NCBI GenBank assembly: GCA_965112735.1
Contig: OZ218954.1
Coordinates: 3,038,001-3,102,000 of the forward strand
Direction of reading: 5' to 3'
DNA from: Phaeosaccion multiseriatum
Taxonomy: Eukaryota; Protista; Ochrophyta, other classes
Length of the DNA stretch: 64,000 nucleotides
The position numbers and the translations under genes are program-made. Numbering within the stretch: position 1 is the first letter of the stretch; each line of letters opens with the position of its first letter. Shown in pieces: positions 1 through 11,900 of the stretch. The notes under the pieces were generated by a model. It saw only the letters and a list, made by a program, of their open reading frames with translations, did no database searches and was not told where the DNA came from.

Positions 1-1648
1 TCATCACCTACCTATTCAATGAGTACGGGCCGGGGGAGGCCTCCATCCCCTGGATAGCCAAGGGAAAGAACAGCTTCAGCACGGACCTTTCCATCGCTGC
101 CACCGCAGCGAGGTGAGCGAAGCGAAGGACGGAGGGAGGGGAGGGGAGGGGAGGGATGGAGGAAGGGCGGCAGGGGGAGAAGCGAAGGGACCGCTACTGC
201 TACTGCTACTCCACCATCGTTGTCGCTCACCCCTCGAGGATTCAGCTCCGCCCTCGTCTAACCCTACATTTCTTCTTCGTCCTCCTCCTCCTCCTCCTCC
301 TGTCCTCCTCCTCCTGCTGCTGCTGCTGCTCCTCCTGCTCCTGCTCCTCCTCCTCTCTGTTCTTTCGCATCCGAAGGGGGTTCGCAGGGGGCAAGCTCAG
401 CCCGGACGCGGATGAGGCCAACTTCACCCGCAAGCCCTTGGAGGTTTGGGGATACGAGGGCAGTCCATTTGTGAGGCCCGTCAGAGAGACACTCACCGCA
501 CTAGGCCTCCCTCACAAGGTTCGATCAGGCCGAGGCATATGGGGATGGGGTGGGGCACACGTGGGTGGGCTGCGGGGCCGCGGTGCCATTGGGCTATGGA
601 AGGGATGCTACAACTTGCTGCGCTTGTTGACGGCTCCCTTGGCCCGGGGGATGAGCCAGGAGGATGGCAGTGGATGGCAGGAGGAACAGAGCTGGGCTGA
701 ATTGGGTCTTCTGTCGCAGCACCGGACTTGGGCGTGGTTGATGCAACGCACCTGATGGCGTCTCTCTCACTCTCTCTCTCTCTCTCTTCTCGCTCCCTCT
801 CCCTCTCCCTCTCTCTCTCCTTGTCTTTCTGTCCATCATATCCCTTTTGTCTTTCTTTGTCTCTCTCTTCCTCTCCCCCCGCCTCTACCCTCCCTCTCTC
901 TCCGTCTCTCTGCCTCTCCCTCCCTCGATCTTTCTGTGTGTCTCTGTCTGTGTGTGTCGTTTGTGTCCGATTGGATGGTAGCAGATGGTCTACGCGGCGC
1001 GTGGTTCTCAGAAGCGGGACCTTCTGGTGCAAGAGACGGGCCGCTTCCAAGTGCCCTACCTCAAGGACCCCAATACCGGAGTGGCCCTGTTTGAGAGCCC
1101 GGAGATCGTTGGTGAGTAGCGAGTAGAGTGTGTTGTCGATGAGGAGAAGGAGGAGGAGCAGCAGGAGGAGGAGCAGGAGGAAGAGGAGGAGGAGGAGGAG
1201 GAGGAGGAGGAGGAGGAGGAGGAGGAGGAGGAGGAGGAGGAGGAGGAGGAGGAAGAGGAGGAGGAGGAGGAGGAGGAGGAGGAGGAGGAGGAGGAGGAGG
1301 AGGAGGAGGAGGGGGAGGAGGAGGAGGGGGAGGAGCAATGCTCTCTCTCATTCGTACCCCCCCGGTATCGTCGGTGTACCTCTGCTCGCCCTTTGATCCT
1401 CCTTCTCTCCTAGCCCTCCCCCCATCTGTCCATCGGCATTTACTGTCTCTCTCCCTCTCGCCCTCTGTCTCTCCCCCTTCCCCCCCCCCCTCTCTCTCTC
1501 TCCCTCTTCCCCCTCTCTCTCCCTCTCTCTCCCTCTCTGTCCCTCTCTCTCTCTCTCCCCCTCTCTCTCCCTCTCTCTCGCACGCTATCCCTCTGTCGCT
1601 TCCATCTCTCCCTCTCTCCATCCCTCCACTCGCTCTCTGTTCATCACG

Positions 1649-1703
<55 letters not shown>

Positions 1704-1778
1704 CTCACTCTCTTATGGCTCTCGTCTGTCTCGTGTCCCGAAGAATACCTCAACAACGTGTACAGCACAAAGGCTTAA
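1..1778 (+). CDS. GST N-terminal/thioredoxin-fold protein (two-domain plastid-type family), 5'-truncated; exons ~1-112, 377-518, 985-1111, 1744-1778
   Basis: Spliced translation ITYLFNEYGPG...KPLEVWGYEGSPFVRPVRETLTALGLPHK|MVYAARGSQKR...GRFQVPYLKDPNTGVALFESPEIV|EYLNNVYSTKA*. The YEGSPF and QVPYLxDPNTG-FES motifs are present and the GT-AG phases are consistent. Confidence 0.85.
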
Positions 1779-1993
1779 AGTGCTTGCTTATCGCATTGGA
1801 AACGACACGTGCCACACAAAGGAAGCAGTGCTTCCTCTACTGCGAGGTGTGTGGCTTGAATGTATGGACCAACGAGCGACGCCGACGTATGGGCCGACGT
1901 CTTGGCGTACACGGGATGTGCTCTGTGTGTCATGGCTGTGATGACGGCGACTTTTGCCTGCTTCATGCCTCTTGCCTCTTGCTGCGTGGCTTG

Positions 1994-2031
<38 letters not shown>

Positions 2032-2035
<4 letters not shown>

Positions 2036-2160
2036 AGATACAGATGGATACGGAGATATGCAGATAGGCGCTGTTTGTGGAGGGAGGGAGAGAGAGAGAG
2101 AGAGCAGATACAGATCGGTACGGAGATATGCAGATAGGCGCTGTTTGTGGAGGGAGAGAG
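2032..2160. repeat. Direct duplication of a ~55-70 bp unit flanked by (GA)n
   Basis: gagcagatacagat..tacggagatatgcagataggcgctgtttgtggagggag occurs twice. Confidence 0.85.
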
Positions 2161-2932
2161 AGAGAGAGAGAGAGTAGGTGCGGATAGATGCGGAGAAATG
2201 TAGATGGACGCTGGATTGGTGTGCAGGCCCCACCCACTCAAGGAAGGAGCTAAGGCAAGATGTACATACATTTATGTTAGATGGATGGATCATCGAGCAT
2301 ATTGGAGCAGTGTCGAGGAGACTGCTCCATGACTGAGTTGTGTGTGATCTCGTATGCCAGGGATAGACATGCCGCCAACAACAAAGGTGTGTACTGTACT
2401 CGGAGTCAGCGACAAGCACAGTCATCAATGTTTATCAACTCGGTGTGTTTTGCTTCCCGCGGCGGTGGAGAGAACAAAATGGAAGATGAGGGGGGGGGGG
2501 GACACCGTCGCCTCTGACCGATATGCTTGCATGGCACTTGGCTACAAGCATCCGGTGGCCGAAAACGAGGGGTGCACCCACAAACATACAAACAACAGAT
2601 CATGCGAGATTCCTTTCTTGTTTCTTCGGTCTTTTCATGTTCGGCTAGAATGCAATGTACGGGAAAGAAGAGACTGGGACAGACAAAAAAGACAAACCCC
2701 CCTCTGCTCATAATAGTTCAGAGTAGAGGGGGTGTCTAAAACTAAGACCAGACCAAGGACTGACGTTTTCTGCTCCTCAAAGAACAGACTAAAGCCCTAA
2801 AAACATTCCGTGAAACACCGTGAAACGGTCCTCCTTAGGCCCTCACTCCTAATAGGCTTCTACTGCTCCTCGGCTTCTAATATGCTTCTTCTCAAAAAAA
2901 AGCTTTTGATCTCAAGACTTCAAATGCTCCTC

Positions 2933-3982
2933 CTAAGGCTCTTCGTTGCCAACTCGCGGCACGCGCAGGTACTCCCCCTCCTGCTCCGGCATGTTGGCCA
3001 TAATGCCATCCCGATCGGGAAACACGTGCACCTGGTCCTCCCTCAAAAAGGAGCCCTGGTCGGCGGCATCGTCGAGAGCGTGACCCTGTCCCATGATGAT
3101 GCCTGCCCCCTTTATTCGAGACGTGTCTACGCTGTCCATGGTCTCCACAAAGCCCAAGAAGCTCTGCACACGGGGAAGCAGTCGCTCCACCTGGGGAGGG
3201 GGGAGGGAGAGAGTGAGTGAAGGTGGGGCGGCCCTCTCCTCTGGTGTACTCATTAACACTCCGCGTAGAGCTCGGGGAGGGGGGTATTTTGACTGGAGAC
3301 GAAAGGAGCCGGGGGGGGGGGGGTGACCCACTTCTCACTCAATACAAAGAGAGTGAGCAAGAGAGGCAGGCGGCACAGGAGCCGGAGGGTGTGGAATCCT
3401 CCAATCAAATCAATCAGTTGATCAATCAAGTAGTCAATCAAGCGAACAATCAATCTATCAATTTATCAACTGCCTCCTCACCTCTTCATCGGTAACGTCG
3501 AGCGAGGCAAGGCCCGCCGTTTTCTTGACGAGGTCCGCGTCCACCGTAGGAGTCGTGGACTTGACGCGCTCCCCATCCACCGTCACTGTTCTGATGGCGA
3601 CATCTGTATCCACGGGAGGAGTCCCATTGACGAGCTCTGCATCCACCGAAGGAGCTGCCCTGTTTGGTGCATGAGTGGGCTCTCCATCCGCCGGAGGAGC
3701 CACCCGGTTCGGTGCATGAGTCGCCCTCAAGCTGGTTCTACCCCAGCTGCAGCAGCTGCAACCAGGAGGGTGCCCTTGCCTTCGCCGCCTCAGCCCTCCT
3801 GTGGCCGCTGTTGCTCCTCCCAACGCAACAGGAGCTGAGGCAGCCGCAGCAGCAGTCATACTCTGTGGAGCCACAGGTGCGAGCACGACAAAGGCGCTTG
3901 CTCCGTACTCGCGCATCGCCATGGATGACAGCGCTGCCACCACAGCGGCAGAGGAGCAAGTAGTGCCAAAGGAGCACTTCAT
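2933..3982 (-). CDS. gatC: Plastid-targeted Glu-tRNA(Gln) amidotransferase subunit C; exons 3982-3482, 3190-2933
   Basis: Signal peptide plus ASAF motif (GASAFVVL), then VDADLVKKTAGLASLDVTDEE|VERLLPRVQSFLGFVETMDSVDT...LREDQV...IMANMPEQEGEYLRVPRV, which matches the GatC consensus. Phase-0 GT-AG intron. Confidence 0.9.
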
Positions 3983-4269
3983 CCTGCTAACTCTGCTCTC
4001 AACACGGCCCACACTGCTGTTTATGTTGTGCTGCCTCTGCGCTGCTCGGATGAGCTGAAACTCAAACCCTTCCGCACTCGACCTCATCCATCTCTTCCTT
4101 CGTATTCATTTTTTCACATTAAAAGGGAGCAATATACAAATGACATTCAGCACCTGCTGACTTGAGAGAGTAAGCCTGCCTCTCTTCCTGCCTGGAAAGA
4201 GTGTTGTCGAGAAATAAGGATGGACTTGGGGAAATAGGAGCTTCTAAAAAGAGTAGAAGAGATCTGACC

Positions 4270-5502
4270 ATGGCGCGAAGGAAACTCGTTCGCATTTTCG
4301 ATGTGTACGCCTTCTGCCTAGCTGCAGCAGTGGGATCTCTGGGTAAGCGAAGGGGGGCGAGGAAGGGAAGGAGGGGGAGAGGGAGAGATCCTGAGACAAA
4401 TCAATGACGGTGCGGACAATTAACGTCGATGCATGAATAGATCCCTTCTCACTCTAGTTCTCCCTCCTCTCCTTTCTCTACACGCGTGTATGCATTACCG
4501 CTCTCCCTTTGTCCTGTTATCCACACACCCCACTCCCATCCGCCGCTCATGCCGCACACACGCAGGCGCTGGCATGACCTACTGGTTCAAGCCACACGTG
4601 CGCGAAGACTGGGTCCTCGATGACTACATGTACGGAGTGACGCTCTTTTTGTTCATCTACCTCAAGAATGGTCGCTTCCTGAGCAGTGCCGACGAGGAGG
4701 AGGGAAAGTCGAAGTCATCAGACAAGATGGGGGAGGGGGGAGGGGGAGGGAAGGAGGGGACCGTCCAGGCAGCGGCAACTGACGGAGAAGCAACAGAAAC
4801 AGCAGCAGCATTAACAGCGGGAACAGAGAAGCCATCGGTGGCGGTAGAGGAGAAGGGGGGGATGTCTGTGGGGCCGCCGCTCGACTCGGCTCACTTCGTC
4901 CTGGGAGAGGCCGTTACGCTAGGGCAAGGAGCCCTTGTGGCTGTCGTGTTCTGGGTGAGTGAGGTGGCTCTGTGTGTGCGTGTGTGTGTCTGTGTGTGTG
5001 TGTGCCTTGCTTCGCTGTCGTGGCCTTGGAGGGGCGCGGGTGGGGAGTATCGCCCAGCACAGGCATGGCAGTCGACGATGAAGGGCTCTGCCTGTTTACC
5101 TGTTTGGCTTGTTTGGACATACTTATACCTCCCCTCCTGCCCTTTCTTCATGCCATGAACCATCGTCAGATGTCTAGGTCATCATTTGTCCTCCATGACC
5201 GACCTCTTCTGTTGTATTCGCTCTTCTCCTTCCCCTCCCCTCTCACCCATGTCTCCCCTCCACTGCCATCCTTCTCCTTCTCCGAACACACTTCCTGCGC
5301 TCGTCCCTGTGTGCGTGCTTGCGCGGCGTCTGCACACACGCAGGCCACGTCCTGTCCCGCCAGCCAGCGCCTGTTCCAGCCACTCAGGTACAACACGCAC
5401 ACACACACATACACACGCAAGCACACACATACACAAGCACACACATGCACACAACACACACATACGCACACCTACACACCTACCCGCCACACACACACAC
5501 GG

Positions 5503-5540
<38 letters not shown>

Positions 5541-6597
5541 CGCTTGTTACTCACTCGTAGACAACAACATATCCCCCGCCCCCCACACACTGTACTACCA
5601 ACCTCCTAACCAACCACGTACAGCACACTTGCCCGCCGATACGCGTCGCAAGGGGTGAAGGTTTTGGGTGTGTCCAGCGAGGCCCAAGAGGAGGTACTTG
5701 AGCTACTCAACGATGGCAAGAAGCTGACCAAACAACCGGACTTCAGCGTTGCGGTAGACGACAGGGAAGGGATCATCGCTGACAGGTGAGAGAGGAGTGG
5801 GGTGGAGTGGAGTGGAGTGGGGTGGAGTGGGGTGGAGTGGAGTGGAGTGGAGTGGAGTGGGGGGGGGGAGTGGAGGGGGGTGGAGTGGGGTGGAGTGGAG
5901 TGGAGTGGAGTGGAGTGGAGGGGGGGGGAGTGGAGGGGGGTGGAGTGGAGTGGAGGGGAGTGGAGGGGGGTGGAGTGGAGTGGAGTGGAGTGGAGTGGAG
6001 TGGAGTGGAGGGGAGTGGAGGGGAGTGGAGTGGAGGGGGGTGGAGTGGAGTGGAGTGGAGTGGAGTGGAGTGGAGGGGAGTGGAGGGGAGTGGAGTGGAG
6101 GGGGGGGGAGTGGGGTTGAATGGAGTGGAATGGGGTGGGAGGGGGTGGGTTGGGGTTGGGTGGAGTGGCGTGGAAATGAAGTGGAGTGGAGCGGAGTGAG
6201 TGGAAGAGAGTGGAGCAGAGTGGAGTGGAGAAGAGTGGGGAAGAGTAGGGTTGGGGTTGGGTTTAGCATGGGTTGCGTTGGGGACAATGATGCGGAAGAT
6301 TGTGTGTGCTTCTCGCTATCCCCCCCTGTGTTTGTCTCTTTTCTTTATCTTGCTGCTACCCCTGCTGCTGCTGCTGTCCCCCCCCCCCTCCTCGCGTCTG
6401 GCCTCTCCCGGAGCAGCTACAAGGCGATCTCAGGTGTGGAGACCGTTCCTTACGCGTACCTCATTGGGCGGAAGGGAGAAATGCATTGGCATGGACACCC
6501 TGCAAAGCTAGAGAACGCCGTTGTGCTGAAGTTGGATGAGGAGGAGGAGGAGGAGGAGGAGGAGGAGGAGGAGGAGGAGGAGGAGGAGGAGGAATAG
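4270..6597 (+). CDS. Membrane-anchored TlpA/ResA-like thioredoxin-fold protein; exons 4270-4342, 4566-4954, 5344-5387, 5624-5785, 6417-6597
   Basis: Spliced VAVVFW|ATSCPASQRLFQPLS...VKVLGVSSE...FSVAVD...GVETVPYAYLIGRKGEMHWHGHP is the TlpA pattern. Two N-terminal hydrophobic segments; all splice phases are compatible. Confidence 0.75.
5792..6235. repeat. Intronic (GGAGT)n pentanucleotide satellite
   Basis: Directly visible ggagt/ggggt array. Confidence 0.95.
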
Positions 6598-6857
6598 AGG
6601 AGGAGGAGGAGCAGGAGCAGGAGCAGGAGCAGGAGAGGAGGAGGAGGAGGAGGAGGGGGAGCAGGAGGAGTAGGAGGAGCAGCAGCAGTAGCTGGAATGG
6701 GAGGAGGAGGAGGAGAGCTTAAGGAGAGGGGGGAGGGCCAGGCGGGGGGGAGGGCCAGGCGGGGGGGAGGAGGAGCAGCGAGGGAGGCGAGCGAGCAGAG
6801 GGAGACTCGTGGCGCCGCCTGCCCGTCTTAGCGAAGAGCCGCATCGATGCAATGTTT

Positions 6858-6970
6858 CCCACCTACCCTCCTGCCTACCTACCCACCTACCCTCCTGCCT
6901 ACCTACCCACCTACCCTCCTGTCTACCTACCCACCTACCCTCCTGCCTACCTACCCACCTACCTGCCTAC
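6858..6970. repeat. 24 bp tandem repeat (cccacctaccctcctgcctaccta), about 4-5 copies
   Basis: Directly visible. Confidence 0.9.
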
Positions 6971-7735
6971 CTTCGTTCCTTCCCGCTCACTACGACTTCG
7001 CTTCCGTCATGATAGTGATGATATTTTTGCCCCTTGATCTGTTGTTTAGTTTTCAAACGATTTGTCGCCCTCCCCCTCTCCTTGACAGCGAGAAGCTTAA
7101 TGTAATACAATAAGCTGGATTTGTTGTGTCTTGCACTCACAATGTGCTTTATTTGGTTGTTCGGTGTTGAAAGTAACTTATATACGCACATGACGTGTAC
7201 AAAATTGTTTTTTCTTTGTGTTTGCTGTTCTTGTTGCCTGCTGTGCTCGTTCCGCAAAAGCAACGTGCAAAATAAAAAGGACATGTTTCAATCCTCCTCT
7301 TTTTTCCTCCTCCCTCTCCCTCTCGCTGCTTGCAGCACATCCAGCGCCACACAGCCTGTGCTCTGTATCACCAACTGTTCTGCTCACTCTGATGCGATGT
7401 GAGCAGCCCCTCTCTCCATCCACTGCCATCCTCCTCCTCCTCCTCCTCCCTCGCCCCTCCTTCGACCGTAGCCACCACAACTGACTCCTTCAAAGAAGGG
7501 CCACAAAAACCAAACAGTCTCCATTTCTCTCTCTCTCTCTCCCTCTCCGCATTGCATCTCAAAGCCCACTGTACACGACGGCCGCTCTTTGACACACACA
7601 AAAAAGACTCACGTAAAGCAAAAAATAAAGCACAAGTGCGTCTTGCTTCACTCACTCAAAAAGTAAAGCCCCCGCACCTGCCTGACAGACAGTGTGCTTT
7701 TTGACATCAACTCACTCACTCACTCACTCACTCCC

Positions 7736-8928
7736 TCAGAGCCACTTCCACTCAGGCGATTCTCTCACAATGCTCCCCACCAGCTCGACGAAGCCCATAC
7801 CCTTCTTCTCCGCAATCTTCAACAGCTTACGAATGTCCTTTTTGCTCAACGGTTTCCGAGTCTTGGGGTTCATCACCGCAGAAAAGTCGAGGTCCTTGTT
7901 GGAGTTACCCCCTGACTTCTTCTCCTCCTCCGCATCCTCCGCCTCCGCCTCCCCCTTCTTCTTCTTCTTGTGCAGCTTGAGCTCCGTCTCTGCTGCCTGG
8001 CCAGACGTGGTCAGCTTGCCCGAGTCCAAGGTCCACGTCTCTGTGGCAATGGCGTTCAAAAACTCCTCGTTATGAGAAATCATAATCACGCCACCGCCAA
8101 AGTTGTTAATGGCCACTGTGAGCGCTCCCAACGCCTCCCGATCGAGGTAGTTGGTGGGCTCGTCCAGCACCACAAGATGCGGCCTTGTCCACATGGCCGC
8201 TGCCAACACCAGCTTGACCTTCTGTCCTCCAGACAGTCCAGCAATGACGCCGTGGGTACCAAACTCGGCGTTGAGCCCAAAGTCGTCCAAGTGAGACTGC
8301 ACCTCGGTTTGCGCGATTGAACGCAAGTCGAGCCCCGCCGCCACTCCGGCGATGCGTGCGTCGCATTGTTGTACGAGCTTGCTGAGCCCTCTCTGTGTCA
8401 GCTGTTCCAGGGTCATGTATCTATTGTTGTTGTTGCGTTAAAGGAAGGAGGGATGCGGTCAAAGGGAAGAGTATAGAGAAGAGGGCAAGGGAAGTAGGAA
8501 GTAGGTGAACAGGGGAAGGGAAAAAGAGGGGAGAGAGAGAGGGCGTAAGAGAGATGAAAACGAGACCCACGCACGCACCCACCCACCCACCCATCCACCC
8601 ACCCACCCATCCATCCAACTCTACCCACACACACACACACACACCTGTTTTCCTTCTCCGGTCTATCCACAAAGGTAACCTCGTACTCCAGTGTCCTCCC
8701 TGCCTTCCTCCTGCCAAGCAGAGCCGCCACCTGACCCTCCTTCTTGCCCCACAGAGCTTCCTCCTCGTCGTTCATCTTGAGCTCGGTGTTGCTCTCTGCT
8801 GCCTCTCGGTCAATGCCGTCAGCCGCTCCGAACCTCCATTGGATGTACTGCACGGGGGACACCTGTTTCGAAGTTGTGTTTGTTTGTTATTGTTGGAAGG
8901 AAAGAAAGAAGGAAGGAAATGAGGTTGG

Positions 8929-8983
<55 letters not shown>

Positions 8984-11900
8984 GAGAGAGAAGATTAATG
9001 TGTAGAAAGGAGGAACAGTGAGAATGGGGGGAGCGGCGAAAGCAAGGTCGGCAGAACGATGCACTCCCTCACTCACTCGCTCACTCCCTCCCTCCCTCAC
9101 TCCCTCACTCCCTCACTCCCCTCCCCCCACACACACACCCCTCACCTTCTGGTGCTGCTCCACGTGGTGGAAGGAGTGCTGCGCCACGTACGCAGTTCGA
9201 AGGTTGTGATGTGCCCACACGCGGCCGCTCGACGGGGCAGTCTCTCTCACAATGAGTCTAATCAGCGTCGTTTTACCCGCTCCATTGGGTCCCACGACAC
9301 CCACTCTGCTCCCGAGGCAGAGCTTCAGATTGGCCTTCTCCACCTGGACCTTGTTGGAGCCGGGGTACGAGTACGTCGCGTCCTCCATGGTGAGGATGCT
9401 CTTGGTGGTGGAGGTAATGCCGTCCAAGGGGCCCGGGTTGGGGAAGTTGAAGGAAAGGGCCGAGGCGTCCAGTTTGTAGTACGACTTGGCCTCTGGGTGG
9501 AGCTCCACGAAGTTGACCAGGCCGCCGGGGTAACACACAAGCTTGTGCCGCTCGTAGTGCAGGACGTCTGTATATGGGGAGGAGCAAGGGGGTGTGAGTG
9601 CGTGAGTGCAGGAGTGTGTGGGTGCGTGCACGAGCTGTGTGTGTGTGTGTGTGTGTGCCTGTGCGTGCGTGGGTGAGCGAGTGAATGTGTGCGTGCGCGC
9701 GCGTGTGTGTGTGTGTGTGTGTGCGCGCGTCAAGTAGGGCCAAGCAAAGCACAAAGCACACAGCAGCCCCCACACACACCACCACCACCACTCCCGGTAA
9801 GCTTCCCGCACTCGTTGCTATCAGGCAGCACCGATGGCACCAGAGGGTGCATGTGCACATACACACATACATACATACATACATACATACATACATACAT
9901 ACATACATCCATACATACATACATACCTGTGACCACATTCTCCAGGAAGCCGGTGTCGTGCGATACCACCAACACGGTCACGTCCGAGTGCGAGCAAAGA
10001 TATTCCTCCAACCACTTGACCTTGTCGGTGTCGAGATGGTTCGTGGGCTCGTCAAGGAGGAGAACGTCGGCGTTCATGAGCATTGCCCGGGCCAGTGCGA
10101 GTTTCATCTTCCACCCACCGGAGAGGGACGTGATGGGAGCCGCCATCATCTCCTCGGTGAACTGTTTCATGTTACAGTGGTATTGTTGTTGGTTGGGGGC
10201 GGGGAGGAGGAGGAGGAGGAGGGGGAGGAGGAGGAGGAGGAGGAGGAGGAGGAGGAGGAGGAGGAGGAGGAGGAGGAGGAGGAGGAGGAGGAGGAGAACG
10301 GGTTGGATATTAAAAGGCGCCACGGAGGGGGGAGGTGGGAAGCCTCATCCAGACGGAACGGCCAAAGAAAGGCAAGACAAGAACGTAATCTCACGTAAGT
10401 AGTAGGCAAGCAACACCCCAACTCAAACTCAAACTCACCTTGGCCTCGACAAGCATGTCTCTAATCTTGTCCTTCGGCACTTGGGCCAACTCGGGTACCC
10501 CAACCATGTAATCCATCACGGGGATTTCCGCCTCCACGTCATCGATATCGTGCTGTACAAACACCGTCAAGAGGTCCGACGGCAACCCCTCAATGTTGCC
10601 ATTGGCAATGTTGCGCATGAGTGTCGTTTTGCCGACTCCGTTCCGACCAATAAGGCCGTAGCGATGGCCGCGTTTGAGGTGTAGGCGGGATTTGTGGAGC
10701 AAAATCTTGCCTCCGTAGGCGAGGGAAAACTCAATGTTGCAGAGGTCGGAGGCGTCAGAGGACTGCCCATCCACCACGAGATGGTCCTGTGTGGATGAGA
10801 AGGGGGGGGGGGGAGAGCAAGGAGGGAAGGGCAGAGGGGGGGAGAAAGAGATGGTGTGGACGGTGAGTGGTGAGCGAAAAAGGAGAGGACGAGGAACAAC
10901 TTACTCTGCCCTACCTCAACCCACACTCATCCAATTCTCCACTGCCATCCACTGCCGGCCACCCACCTCTCCCATGAAATTAACAAGCTCCGTAGCCTCC
11001 TTAGCATTGAGCTGCTGCCCTACGTAGGGGATGAGCACCGCTGCCCAGTTCAGCCTCTCCCCAGGTCCTGCCATGCCCTCCCCCCCGTAGAGTAGCAGGC
11101 ATGCGCACAGGGAGGACACGTAGTTAACCTGCCAGTCCTCGACCTCTCCACAGGGAAACATGTCGCACGCCTGTTGGTGATACAGGGAGGAAGGGGGGGA
11201 GGGCGCGAGAGAGAGTGTGGATGAGGATTGGGTGTCGTTAAATCTTACAGCGAGACGCATTCCCTCCCCTCTCTTGCTCTCCTTCCTCCTTCCAGCCCTC
11301 CTCTTGCTCTCCTTCTTCTCTCTTTATCTTGCTCCTCCTTCCTCCTTCCTCTCCTCTCCTCTCCCCCCTCCTTCCATCCCTCCTCTTGCTCTCCTTCCTC
11401 TCCCTTTATCCTGCTCCTCCTTCCTCTCCTTTATCTCTCCTTCCTCCTTCCTCCTTCCTCTTGGCTCTACTTCCTCCTCCCTCTTGTTCTTCCTCCTTCC
11501 TTACCTGACTAAGCTTTGTGCGCACTGTTGTCTCGCACGCCTCCACCTCATTCTTATCATGCCCTACCCTCTGCTGCTCCTCCGACAACCCAACTCCCCC
11601 GTCCTCCTCCTCCCCCGATCCGCTCTTGCTGCTGCCCATAGCCTTGAGCACCGTTGCCACCGCTGCCCGGGCTACCTCTGCTACCTCGAGGTCACTGACC
11701 GTCTTGACGACCTTGTGCAACTGTTGGTGGTATGGCGTGGGTGGGTGGGTGGGTTCGATGAGGAAGGGAGATTGAACGAAATCTCTCGTAATTACCTACC
11801 GCATCCTCTCTCATCTCTCCCTCTCTCCCCCATGCTCCCCTTCTCTCCCACCTCCAAACCAAACCAAGCAAACCAACCCCACGATAACTCACCTGCGGTA

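Noticed and set aside
5792-6235. (GGAGT)n as an interstitial telomere
   Set aside because: It does not match TTAGGG-type repeats and behaves like the other intronic satellites.
7365-7375. TATCACC core resembles a phage lambda operator half-site
   Set aside because: There is no second half-site and no phage context; a 7 bp match is uninformative.
10900-10965. Possible TGA readthrough or 6 nt microexon in the eEF3-like gene
   Set aside because: A phase-0 intron from GAG|gtgggt (~10966) to cag|GAC (~10787) explains the frame without it; it cannot be supported without RNA data.
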